Below are positions 37,781-47,228 of a stretch of DNA of 64,000 nt, piece by piece. Under the pieces are notes generated by a model. The model was not told the DNA's origin, searched no databases, and was given only the letters and a program-made list of their open reading frames with translations. Both the position numbers and the translations under genes were made by a program. The first letter of the stretch is position 1. Every line of letters begins with the position of its first letter. The DNA is from Planctomycetota bacterium (GTDB taxonomy: Bacteria; Planctomycetota; UBA1135; GCA-002686595). The stretch covers positions 26,551 through 90,550 of the forward strand of contig JAPKBR010000009.1 in assembly GCA_028823345.1 (NCBI GenBank), given 5' to 3'.

Positions 37781-39394
37781 TTGAATCTGAACACCAGGTC
37801 CTTGCCCGCGGATATTCTCGGGCTGAGCGCGGTGGCCCGAGCGGGCTTGAGCGGCAGCGACGGCAGTAGCTTGCCCCTGGTGCAACGCCTCGAGCAAATC
37901 CCCCGGCCCACGGAACGGCTGACCGCGTTAGAGCGAAAACAGCTGGCCCTGGATTTGGGCAAGGGGCTCTCGGCCCTGGAAATCCCCGGGCGCGTCGCCA
38001 CATCGATCAGCCTGCTCGAACGTCCCGGCACAACCTGCGTCATCACGGGTCAACAGCCAGGTTTAGTGGGGGGGCCTCTCTACACCCTTTACAAGGCGAT
38101 GCAGGCCTGTCGCCTAAGTCACGAGTTGTCGAACAAGTGGGGAGAGCCCGTTGTGCCCGTTTTTTGGAACCATGCGGACGATCACGATTGGGCCGAGGTC
38201 CATCACGCGTGGGTGCTCAACAGCAACCATGATTTGCAAAAGCTCGGCCTGGCCGGGGCGGGCTCCAGTCGCATGCCTATCGGAAAGGTGCTTTTGACCG
38301 AAGAGCAACACCAACTGCAGTCCATGTCAGCCGGACTACGCCAAGCGTTTGGGGACAGCAAGCATGTGGAGTGGGCTCTTGAGTTGCTGCTGCCTCGCCC
38401 GGGAGAAACCCTGGCCCGCGCCCTCACCCGAGGACTGACCGCCCTCTTGGGAGCCCACGGTTTGGTGGTGCTTGAACCCGACTGGATTCGCCCCGCCCTT
38501 TCCCGGGCCCTAGCTGGCGTGGTGGGCAGCAACCCGCTGCAGCCCTTGCAAATGACCAAGGATCCGGCCATCGACCCAAGCCGCGCGGCCCTAGCTTTTC
38601 ATGTGACCGATGCGGGCAGGCGCGCCCTTCGCCCCGGCGGCGATGGGTTTGAAGAAGATGGAAGGAATGGATCTTGCACACCTTCGGAGCTCGCCGCTTT
38701 GATCATTCAAGACCCGAAGGACTGGTCCGCTGGCGCCCTCCTGCGACCCTTGGTCCAAGACATCGCCTTACCCGTGGCGGTCACCATCGGCGGCTACGGC
38801 GAATACGCCTATCACCGCCAGCTGGTCCATGTGCGAGAGTCCCTTGGCATTCCCATCACGCCTTTCGCACCCCGGGTAAGCTTGACCGTGGTGGACGGTG
38901 AAACCTCCCGCGCACTTGCAGTGGAGGACACCACCCCCGAACAGGTCATGCGCACCAAAGGAGACTGGCGGCCACCCGCAGCGATAGAAGACGAGCCGGC
39001 CATCCTGAAGCAACTGGAAACCCTTGAGCAAGACCAACGTGCCGAGCTGCTTAGCCTGCGCGAAGCCTTGAGCAAACTGGAACCTGCCCTCGGCTCCAGC
39101 CTCAAGCGCACGGCCAACCTGAATGCCAAGGAGGTCGCGCGCCTAACCCGCAAGGCCCGGCGAGTGCACCAGAACCAGGCGGGGCGCGGCGACCGTCATG
39201 TGCGCCGATTGAACCACGCGCTCATGCCCCGGGCCCTGCCCCAAGAGCGAGTGCTCACGGCCCTTCAATTTATGGCTCCCCATGGCCCAGAGTGGGTGGA
39301 CTCCCTCTATGCGGAGATCCCCGCCCTAAGCACCGAACACCTTTTGGTGCAGCTTCCAGAAACCGCGCGCCCAAAAACCCCTGAGGACGCATAA
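37781..39394 (+). CDS. bshC: Bacillithiol biosynthesis cysteine-adding enzyme BshC
   Basis: 537 aa with the BshC hallmark ITGQQPGLVGGPLYTLYK and a coiled-coil C-terminus. TTG start 1 nt after the pyrF stop. Confidence 0.8.
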   Translation: MNLNTRSLPADILGLSAVARAGLSGSDGSSLPLVQRLEQIPRPTERLTALERKQLALDLGKGLSALEIPGRVATSISLLERPGTTCVITGQQPGLVGGPLYTLYKAMQACRLSHELSNKWGEPVVPVFWNHADDHDWAEVHHAWVLNSNHDLQKLGLAGAGSSRMPIGKVLLTEEQHQLQSMSAGLRQAFGDSKHVEWALELLLPRPGETLARALTRGLTALLGAHGLVVLEPDWIRPALSRALAGVVGSNPLQPLQMTKDPAIDPSRAALAFHVTDAGRRALRPGGDGFEEDGRNGSCTPSELAALIIQDPKDWSAGALLRPLVQDIALPVAVTIGGYGEYAYHRQLVHVRESLGIPITPFAPRVSLTVVDGETSRALAVEDTTPEQVMRTKGDWRPPAAIEDEPAILKQLETLEQDQRAELLSLREALSKLEPALGSSLKRTANLNAKEVARLTRKARRVHQNQAGRGDRHVRRLNHALMPRALPQERVLTALQFMAPHGPEWVDSLYAEIPALSTEHLLVQLPETARPKTPEDA

Positions 39395-39407
39395 GGCCCC
39401 ACAACAC

Positions 39408-40142
39408 ATGAGCACCCACGACCTAGACCTCCTGATCATTGCCGCCCACCCCGACGATGCGGAAATTGCCCTCGGGGGCACAATCCTGCGCTTGACCGAT
39501 CGGGGCCACCGGGTGGGCATCCTGGACCTGACCCGGGGCGAGATGGGCACCCGCGGAACCGTAGAGGACCGGGACCAGGAGACGGCCCAGGCGAGCCAGA
39601 AGCTGGGCCTCGCGGTCCGCCGCAACCTCGGGCTCCCTGATGGGCGTTTAGTGCCCGGCGTTTCCGAGCGCGAGGCCGTAGCCGCAGTCATCCGTGAACT
39701 TAGACCCACTATAGTAGCCGGTCACAACCCAAATGATCCCCACCCTGACCATCGGGGTGCGGGTGAATTGGCCCGCGATGGGTGGTATTTGGCAGGTCTC
39801 AAGCGTCTAGCAGAGCAAGCGGGCGGCCCCCCGGCCCAGCGCCCCCCGGAGAGATTCATTTTCCAATCCCACACGGGATTCGATCCCACCCTCGTGGTGG
39901 ATATCAGCGCCTACTTTGAACGCAAGGTAGAGGTCATCCAGGCCTACGCCAGCCAACTTGCCCCTAGCAGTCCAAAGGATGATGGGGCTCACCTCCTACG
40001 GGGCCGAGACATCCTCGAACGGGTCACCCACAAGGCCCGGACCCATGGGGGGGCCATAGGCGTGGAGTTCGGCGAACCCCTCCTATGCGCCGGCACCCTG
40101 AGCGCAGACAGCAGACTGCTGGCCCTGCTCGGTTCGGCCTAG
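39408..40142 (+). CDS. bshB1: N-acetyl-alpha-D-glucosaminyl L-malate deacetylase BshB1 (LmbE/PIG-L family)
   Basis: AHPDDAEIALGGTI, LDLTRGEMGTRG and HPDH motifs. Confidence 0.85.
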   Translation: MSTHDLDLLIIAAHPDDAEIALGGTILRLTDRGHRVGILDLTRGEMGTRGTVEDRDQETAQASQKLGLAVRRNLGLPDGRLVPGVSEREAVAAVIRELRPTIVAGHNPNDPHPDHRGAGELARDGWYLAGLKRLAEQAGGPPAQRPPERFIFQSHTGFDPTLVVDISAYFERKVEVIQAYASQLAPSSPKDDGAHLLRGRDILERVTHKARTHGGAIGVEFGEPLLCAGTLSADSRLLALLGSA

Positions 40143-40222
40143 GCTTGGGAAGAGGCCCCTACGAGCCTCAATCCCCCGGGCATGCCCCGAAGCCCCAGGG
40201 CTCCTCCTCCAAACAGTAGACT

Positions 40223-41638
40223 GTGGGGTTCATGCGTCGAATCGCCATCATCAATCAAAAAGGGGGAGTCGGCAAGACCACCACGGTTGCCAACCTTGGC
40301 GCGGCCCTGGCAAGGGCAGGCCAGCGGGTGCTCGTGGTGGACTTCGACCCCCAAGCCAACCTCTCCATGTACCTCGGGGTGGAAGTCCAACCCGGCGACG
40401 CCTCGGCCTACTCGGTGCTTTGCTCGAGTACGCCCCTGGATAGCGCCGTACACACGACCAACACGCCGGGCCTTGAGATTTTGCCCAGCCACATCGACCT
40501 TTCCGGTGCAGAGCTCGAGCTGGCCTCGACCATTGGGCGCGAGACTATTTTGCGAGACTCGCTCAGCGCTTGGGCCGAGCGTGAAGCCCAGGCGGGCAAG
40601 CCACTTGATTACATCCTGATCGATTGTCCCCCCAGCCTCGGTTTGCTTTCGGTGAATGCCCTGTGTGCCGCCAACGAAGTCCTGGTGGTCGCCCAAACCG
40701 AGTTTTTCGCCCTTCAAGGCCTATCCAAGCTGCTTGAGATCGTCGACCTGGTGCAAGCTCGCCTGAATCCCGAGCTCAAGGTGACGGGTGTTCTAGCTTC
40801 GATCTATGACGCGCGGTTGCGTTTGGCGCGGGAAGTTTTGGGAGAGCTACGCCGGTTCTTTCCGACCGAAACCTTTAGGACGACGATTGCCACCAACGTA
40901 CGCCTAGCGGAATCCCCCTCCCACGCCCAGACCATCTTCGAGTACGCCCCCGAGTCACGAGGCGCGCGGGACTACGCGGCCCTTGCGGAAGAAATGCTGG
41001 CCAATGAAAATGCCGCCAAGGCCGAACCCTCGGGCCTGGAAGAAAAAATCCACGACATAGCGGAAGCTGACGCCGGCCTGCGCCAAGGGGCCAGCGCCTC
41101 TCGCGCGGAAGCCCCCGAGCCCATCCCTAGCGCAGCCCCCTCGCCTGTGAATCCGCCGACCCAAGAGTCGTCCGGAGGCTCGCCCTCGATAACAAGCGTC
41201 AGTACTGCCCAGGCCCCAACCACACTGAACCCCAGCCCAAGCGCGTTTGAGCCGAGCGTTACAACCCCCGCCGCGACCCAAGTGGCGATTGTGCCGACGC
41301 CCACAGCGACCCTCACATCGGACGCCTCTTTAGAAGCGGAAAGAGCCCTTGAGTGGAATCACGCGGGCGCAGAATTCATCGAGGCCCCCCCGGCCGCGAC
41401 CCCCGAGGTGCTCGCCGAGCCCGCCGTTGAAGAATGGATTGTGCTACATCCACCCGAGCCCCAAGTGGGTGGCACCCCTGTGGTGGCGTTCGAGGAAACG
41501 CAAGAGGCCCCAGAGCCAGTTCCCTTTGATACGCCCGCAAGATCCAAGCCCCGCCCGAGCCTACGCACCTCTTCCTGGGGTGACTACATGGGCGAAGAAC
41601 GATCCCGGCCGGTCTGGCCCAGCAAAACGTGGGAATGA
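40223..41638 (+). CDS. ParA/Soj-family ATPase with a ~215-aa Pro/Ala/Ser/Thr/Glu-rich C-terminal extension
   Basis: Deviant Walker A IAIINQKGGVGKTTTVANLG, plus DFDPQ and LIDCPPSLG motifs. The ParA core ends near residue 255, and the remainder is low-complexity. Confidence 0.88.
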   Translation: MGFMRRIAIINQKGGVGKTTTVANLGAALARAGQRVLVVDFDPQANLSMYLGVEVQPGDASAYSVLCSSTPLDSAVHTTNTPGLEILPSHIDLSGAELELASTIGRETILRDSLSAWAEREAQAGKPLDYILIDCPPSLGLLSVNALCAANEVLVVAQTEFFALQGLSKLLEIVDLVQARLNPELKVTGVLASIYDARLRLAREVLGELRRFFPTETFRTTIATNVRLAESPSHAQTIFEYAPESRGARDYAALAEEMLANENAAKAEPSGLEEKIHDIAEADAGLRQGASASRAEAPEPIPSAAPSPVNPPTQESSGGSPSITSVSTAQAPTTLNPSPSAFEPSVTTPAATQVAIVPTPTATLTSDASLEAERALEWNHAGAEFIEAPPAATPEVLAEPAVEEWIVLHPPEPQVGGTPVVAFEETQEAPEPVPFDTPARSKPRPSLRTSSWGDYMGEERSRPVWPSKTWE

Positions 41639-42774
41639 ACGACCGAATGTGTGTGGGTGTCCTGTGCCACCCAACCTATGGGGGCTCGGGGGTTGTGGCC
41701 AGCGAATTGGCGATTTCCATGGCGCGCATGGGGCATGAGGTGCACCTCTTCAGCCACGAGGTTCCGCCACGCCTTGCGCGCTCCAGCGGACCCGTGGAAA
41801 TGCACGTGGCTCGGGGTGTGCCCTATCCCCTTTTTACTTCCACACCGCATGATCTCGCGGTGACTTCCAAGGTGTTGGAAATCCATCGCCAGCGCGGCTT
41901 TGACATCCTTCACGCGCACTATGCCCTACCCCATGCGGTGAGTGCATTTTTGGCGCGGGAGGCATCGAAGAGCTACACGGAGCACCCTCCGCCTAGGGTC
42001 ATCACCACCCTCCACGGGACCGACATCACCCTTGTGGGGAATGACCCCGCCTATGCCCCGCTCACTGAACACGTGCTGCGGGCCAGCGACGCAATCACCG
42101 CGGTGAGCCATGATTTAGCGGCGCGAACAAAGGAGGCCTTCTGCCAGTCTGCCCTCTCTTGCCCGGTCGAGGTGGTGCCGAACTTTGTGGACATCAACGC
42201 TTTCTCCCCAAGCAGCGAGCCCCGCCGCAGTGTGCCGACCTTCGTGCACGTCTCCAACTTTCGCTCGGTCAAACGCGTGCCTTGGCTGGTGCGCGCCTTT
42301 GCTATCGCCGCCACAGGCACAAACGCACAATTGGTCTTGGTGGGGGATGGCCCCGACCAGCCGGAAGCCCGGCGGGTCGCCAATGAGGGCGGGGTTCAGG
42401 AACAGGTGACGTTCCTCGGCGAACGTGATATTTTGCCCTCACTCTTGGCGCCCATGACCGCCTTCTGCCTGACCAGTCGCGAGGAGAGCTTCGGCCTCTC
42501 TGCTCTGGAGGCCATGTCCTGTGGCACTCCCGTGATCAGTACCGACGTGGGGGGTGTTTCAGAAGTGGTGGAAGACGGAGTCTCGGGCGTTCTATGTGCC
42601 GCCGATGACCTAGAAGGCTACGCCCGGGCCATGCGCGGAGTCATCGATGATCGCGAACGGGCCGAAGAAATGGGTCTGGCCGCCCGGGAACGCGCGGTCG
42701 GGACGTTTGCTCGGGAAGCAGTCATTCCACGCTATGAGGCCCTCTACCGCCGGGTTCTTGGGAAGCACCCATGA
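41635..42774 (+). CDS. bshA: N-acetyl-alpha-D-glucosaminyl L-malate synthase BshA (GT4 glycosyltransferase)
   Basis: N-terminal CHPTYGGSGVVASELA, typical of BshA, and a GT4 C-terminal E(E)SFGLSALEAMSCGTPVI. ATGA overlap with the parA-like stop. Confidence 0.8.
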   Translation: MNDRMCVGVLCHPTYGGSGVVASELAISMARMGHEVHLFSHEVPPRLARSSGPVEMHVARGVPYPLFTSTPHDLAVTSKVLEIHRQRGFDILHAHYALPHAVSAFLAREASKSYTEHPPPRVITTLHGTDITLVGNDPAYAPLTEHVLRASDAITAVSHDLAARTKEAFCQSALSCPVEVVPNFVDINAFSPSSEPRRSVPTFVHVSNFRSVKRVPWLVRAFAIAATGTNAQLVLVGDGPDQPEARRVANEGGVQEQVTFLGERDILPSLLAPMTAFCLTSREESFGLSALEAMSCGTPVISTDVGGVSEVVEDGVSGVLCAADDLEGYARAMRGVIDDRERAEEMGLAARERAVGTFAREAVIPRYEALYRRVLGKHP

Positions 42775-43904
42775 AGAAGGTCTACCTCGATCACAACGCC
42801 ACCGCGCCCCTGCGCCCTGAAGCTCGAAAGGCCCTCGAAGAGGCCCTCGACCTAGGCCTTGGCAATCCCTCAAGCGTCCACCACCGGGGTCGCGCCGCCC
42901 GCGCCCTCGTGGATGAGGCCCGCGAACGCATCGCCGGAGCCCTTGGAGTTGCGGAAGAGGAGCTGACCTTTACCAGCGGCGGAACCGAGGCCCTCAACCT
43001 GGCCATTCTCGGAGTGATGGGGGAGGCGCCGGACCGGGGCGGCTTGGCTACCTGCCAAACCGAACACTCGGCAGTCCTGGGAGCCTGTGCTTTGGCTGCT
43101 GACAGGGGCGCGCAACTGACGACCCTGGGGGTCGACGCCTTAGGGCGTGTGGACCTGGAGTCGGATCGGGGTGCGCTGGGAGCGGCGCACCTGGTTGCCA
43201 TCGCCTCCGCCAACGGCGAAACCGGAACACAACAAGACCTCGAAGCCGTGCGCGTCGCCATGGGTGGGGAGGATAGGGGTTTGCTCTGTGTTGATGGGGT
43301 GCAGTCCCTAGGGCGTGAGCCCCTGTCCTGGCTAAAAGGGGTCGCAGACATGGCCGCGTTCAGTGCTCACAAGGTGGGCGGCCCTCAAGGGGTAGGGTTT
43401 CTTTGGAAAAACCGAAGGGCTTCGCTTGGCCCTTTGTGCGCAGGGGGCGGGCAGGAAGAGGGCCTGCGTCCGGGCACAGAAAACGTGGCGGGAATCCACG
43501 CAGCGTCGATTGCAGTGGAGCTCGCCGCCAGGGAAGCGCGAGAGCAGGCCCCTCGCCAACGGGCGCTGCTCACGACCCTCGCCCAGGGGCTCTTCGCCGC
43601 ATTCCCCCAACTGGATCTCAACGGCCCCCCCGTGGAAGACCCCGGGCGATTGCCCAACACCTTAAATGTGGCCTTCCCTGGAACTGAAGGCCGCATTCTT
43701 GTGGTCCGCCTCGACCTTGCGGGCCTTGAGGTTTCCGCGGGGAGCGCATGCGCAAGCGGCTCCCTTGAACCGTCCCACGTGCTGCTCGCTATGGGCCAAG
43801 GAGGGGAGCGCGCACGCGCCGGACTGCGCATCTCCCTGGGCCCAACGACCACCGAACAAGATATCCACAGCGCTGTTGATATCCTGCGGAAAACTCTGCG
43901 TTGA
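42771..43904 (+). CDS. Cysteine desulfurase (NifS/IscS-like aminotransferase class V)
   Basis: PLP-Lys motif SAHKVGGPQG and catalytic Cys loop GSACASG. ATGA overlap with bshA. Confidence 0.88.
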   Translation: MKKVYLDHNATAPLRPEARKALEEALDLGLGNPSSVHHRGRAARALVDEARERIAGALGVAEEELTFTSGGTEALNLAILGVMGEAPDRGGLATCQTEHSAVLGACALAADRGAQLTTLGVDALGRVDLESDRGALGAAHLVAIASANGETGTQQDLEAVRVAMGGEDRGLLCVDGVQSLGREPLSWLKGVADMAAFSAHKVGGPQGVGFLWKNRRASLGPLCAGGGQEEGLRPGTENVAGIHAASIAVELAAREAREQAPRQRALLTTLAQGLFAAFPQLDLNGPPVEDPGRLPNTLNVAFPGTEGRILVVRLDLAGLEVSAGSACASGSLEPSHVLLAMGQGGERARAGLRISLGPTTTEQDIHSAVDILRKTLR

Positions 43905-44167
43905 GCGCGAAACGGCGGTCGTGAAAATTCCTTGTGGGCAACCCGTTGACGGGCGGGGCGATCGCTGCCACCATAGGTCCGCAGAGAGCCACCCACCGCA
44001 CGCTTCCGAACCTCCCCCGACCAAGGACGTGCAACACCCACCGGCCCAACCTGCATCCCCGGCATTGATCCCCAACAGTGCCAACTCTCTTTTCAAAGAG
44101 AGCAAACATGTGATTCCATGCTGCGCTCTCGTCCACGGACCCTCCTACCTCAAGGACCCCTCTAGGG

Positions 44168-45634
44168 ATGCCCGACACAACCACCATAGCTGAACTAACC
44201 CCAGACGCTCTCGCTGCAGCCTGGGCCTCTGTTTCCGAAAGCTTGCACGAAGAGATCGGCCCACAGAGCTACACCACATGGTTCAGCATGTGCGTTCCTA
44301 CTGGACTAGAGGAAGGGGTGATGACCCTGGCCGCACCGAACTCGTTCACCAAGCGCTGGATCGAAGAGAACTACAGTTCCAACCTCGATCGCCTCGTCAA
44401 GGCCGCCATTACGAGCGCCAAGTTGATTGTGGTTGACGTCGACCAAGAGGCGTGCACCGAGGCCTACGTGGAGGACCAAGACAAGGGCCCGGTAAACAAA
44501 GAGGAAGGCGACTCGGCGCGGCCCACGCCCCAGGACCGCCCCCGGGGCTCACTGCTTGCAACCTCGGATTTTGTTCTCAACCCCAACTACACCTTTGAGA
44601 GTTTCGTGGTGGGGCACTGCAACCGCTTCGGGTCCGCACTCGCCACCGGCGCGGCCGAACAGCCGGGAACAACCTACAACCCCCTGTTTCTTTACGGCTC
44701 GGTAGGCGTGGGCAAGACCCACCTGTTGCAGGGGCTCTGCCACCGCATCCTTGAAAAGAACCCTAAGAGCCGAATCCTGTACGTGTCCTGTGAGACCTTC
44801 GTCAATCACTTTGTGGGCGCTTTGGAGCAGCGCACCCTGCCGGCATTCCGTGACAAGTACCGAACCGTAGACGTCTTGGTCGTGGACGACATCCACATCC
44901 TCGCTAACAAGGATCGCACCCAGGACGAGTTCTTCCACACGTTCAACCACCTCTACAACGAGCAGAAGCAGATCGTGCTTTCCTCGGATGCCCCCCCCCG
45001 GGAAATCCCCACCCTTCATGACCGCCTGGTGTCGCGCTTTCAGTGGGGCATCGTGGCCGAGATCGAGCCCCCTTACTATGAAACCCGCATGGCCATCATT
45101 AAGCGCAGGACTCGGGAGAGGGGTAAGCCCTTCCCTGACGATGTGGTCCAGTGGATTGCCGAGCGGGTGCAGGACAATGTTCGCGAGCTCGAGGGTGCCG
45201 TGGCGCGTTTGATTGCGTTCTCGGAAATGACGAAGCGCCCGATCAGGCTCGACCTGGCCCACGAAGCCCTTGGGAGCTTTCTGCAGCTCACGCCCGGAGC
45301 CCCCTCTGTGGACGCCATCATCGGAGCCATCACGAAGCAGTACGACGTCAAACTAAGTGACCTGCAGGGCAAACGCCGCACCAAGTCGATCATTTGGCCC
45401 AGGCAGCTGGCCATGTTCCTGTTCCGCGTGCTCCTGCCCTGGTCCCTGGAAGAGATCGGGGCCTACTTTGGCGGCCGCGACCACTCAACGGTCCTCCATG
45501 CTGTGAAAAAGGTCCGCATCCGCGCCCGGGAGGAGGAGGGTGTCCAGGGCGAGCTCTCAACGCTGCTTACCCTCGTGGGGGGCGGGCCCCTGGACCAGCA
45601 CCTCTTGGAAGGGGTCTCAAAGAAGGGGTCCTAG
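44168..45634 (+). CDS. dnaA: Chromosomal replication initiator protein DnaA
   Basis: Walker A GSVGVGKTHLLQ, VDDIH, sensor motifs, and a C-terminal DNA-binding domain (GGRDHSTVLHAVKKV). Confidence 0.97.
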   Translation: MPDTTTIAELTPDALAAAWASVSESLHEEIGPQSYTTWFSMCVPTGLEEGVMTLAAPNSFTKRWIEENYSSNLDRLVKAAITSAKLIVVDVDQEACTEAYVEDQDKGPVNKEEGDSARPTPQDRPRGSLLATSDFVLNPNYTFESFVVGHCNRFGSALATGAAEQPGTTYNPLFLYGSVGVGKTHLLQGLCHRILEKNPKSRILYVSCETFVNHFVGALEQRTLPAFRDKYRTVDVLVVDDIHILANKDRTQDEFFHTFNHLYNEQKQIVLSSDAPPREIPTLHDRLVSRFQWGIVAEIEPPYYETRMAIIKRRTRERGKPFPDDVVQWIAERVQDNVRELEGAVARLIAFSEMTKRPIRLDLAHEALGSFLQLTPGAPSVDAIIGAITKQYDVKLSDLQGKRRTKSIIWPRQLAMFLFRVLLPWSLEEIGAYFGGRDHSTVLHAVKKVRIRAREEEGVQGELSTLLTLVGGGPLDQHLLEGVSKKGS

Positions 45635-45739
45635 CCCCTCCCTGGAGACCCGGAGGGGACTGCGCCGAAGAGGCCTCTGGGCTGGCCCCCTGGGGCTCTT
45701 CCGGGCCGCCCTGCGCGATTTCCAGCCACCCTTTCCCGC

Positions 45740-46040
45740 CCCCAGCCCCAACCCTCCCCTGTGCATAACCTGTGAGTTTGCCGTTGATCCACCCGTGGAT
45801 TCTCTGTTTACCAATCGGGGACAAATTTCTCTCCAGGCCCCCCCTCAGGAACCTTCTGGACAGCTGTCGACAACTCGCCCAAAATCCACAGATTGTCCAC
45901 ACAAAAAGCGCCCCCTTCCACACGCTCCAACCTGCACATAAGTCCTTGAACACGCTAGAATTAGGGCCCCTCCCGGCCCGAGTCTTCCACGATTTCTAGC
46001 CCCCTATATTACTACGACTAATTCTTTAAAGGGATTCCTC
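45740..46040. other. Candidate oriC: DnaA-box cluster plus AT-rich unwinding element in the dnaA-dnaN spacer
   Basis: Boxes: TGTGCATAA (45760-45768, the reverse of TTATGCACA), TGATCCACC (45785-45793), AAATCCACA (45882-45890), TTGTCCACA (45893-45901). AT-rich CTATATTACTACGACTAATTCTTTAAAGG at about 46004-46034 within an otherwise GC-rich 454-nt spacer. Confidence 0.5.
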
Positions 46041-46088
46041 TGAACAACTCCTCCCCGTTCACGAACCCCTGACCAGCAACATCCAATC

Positions 46089-47186
46089 ATGAAGATCACC
46101 TGTCAACGTGAAAAGCTCCGTGAAGCCTTGTCCATCATCAACACGGTCGTCCCTGCACGGGGAGCAAAGCCAATCCTTGAGAACCTTAAACTGGTTGCCA
46201 CTGACCAGGGCCTTGAGCTTGTGGGAACAGACCTTGAGGTCTCTGCACGAATCACTGTTGAAGATGCTCAGGTTGACGAAACCGGAGTCGCGGTCTTGCC
46301 CTGCAAGGTTGCTTTGGATTTTGTCAGGGACCTCAACAGCGAGACGGTGACGATTTCCTGCGAAGAGGATAAGTGCCTCATCAAAGGAGATACGGACCAG
46401 TGTGAGCTGGTGACCCTCGATGTAGATGAGTTTCCGGTGATCTCACACTTCGAGGAAAAGGATGCCTTTAGCCTTCAGGGGGGAAACTTCTCTCGGCTGG
46501 TGCAACAAACCGCCTTTGCGGCTGCTCGGGATGCAGGCCGTTATGCCATGCACGGCGTCCTCGTCGAGATTGCCGACGATGAAGTTAAATTGGTTGCAAC
46601 CGACGGGCGGCGGCTGGCTCTTGGAAGTCAGCCCATCGATGCAAACGGGAAGAAACAGTCTGCAATCGTCCCCACCAAGGGGTTGCAGCTCTTTGCCCGT
46701 GCTATTGAGGACCCCCTCGACCAAATCAAGCTGAGCTTCGATGCAAACCAGGTCGGGATCCGAACCCAGAATGCTCAACTCTTTGCTCGCCTGATCGACG
46801 GGGATTTTCCTAGCTACAGCGCGGTGCTGCCTGAAGCGGGCGAACACCTCATGGAGGCGGACCGGGAACTCTTTACCCAAAAGCTCCGCCTCGTGGCAAA
46901 CGTCACCGGCGACGAAGCCCGTGCCGTCCGATTGACCCTCAGCAAGGGCAAGTTAGAGCTCAAGGGACACTCCGCTGGGCGCGGATCTGCTGACGCCCAA
47001 CTTGAGGTGGAATACACCGGTGAGGGCTCCGAGATTGCGTTCAACCCCGACTATGTGCTCGATGGGCTTAAGCAGTGCCAATCCGAAACCATCCGCTTGG
47101 AGTTCCAACAGCAGTCCAGCCCCGGCAAATTCATGCTTGGGGAAAACTACATCTACATTGTGATGCCCATCACAATTGATGCCTGA
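46089..47186 (+). CDS. dnaN: DNA polymerase III beta sliding clamp
   Basis: 365 aa with three-domain clamp architecture, positioned directly after dnaA. Confidence 0.95.
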   Translation: MKITCQREKLREALSIINTVVPARGAKPILENLKLVATDQGLELVGTDLEVSARITVEDAQVDETGVAVLPCKVALDFVRDLNSETVTISCEEDKCLIKGDTDQCELVTLDVDEFPVISHFEEKDAFSLQGGNFSRLVQQTAFAAARDAGRYAMHGVLVEIADDEVKLVATDGRRLALGSQPIDANGKKQSAIVPTKGLQLFARAIEDPLDQIKLSFDANQVGIRTQNAQLFARLIDGDFPSYSAVLPEAGEHLMEADRELFTQKLRLVANVTGDEARAVRLTLSKGKLELKGHSAGRGSADAQLEVEYTGEGSEIAFNPDYVLDGLKQCQSETIRLEFQQQSSPGKFMLGENYIYIVMPITIDA

Positions 47187-47228
47187 TCACTGACGCTCGG
47201 CTTCCACCGGCACCACCCAGAATCTCTG

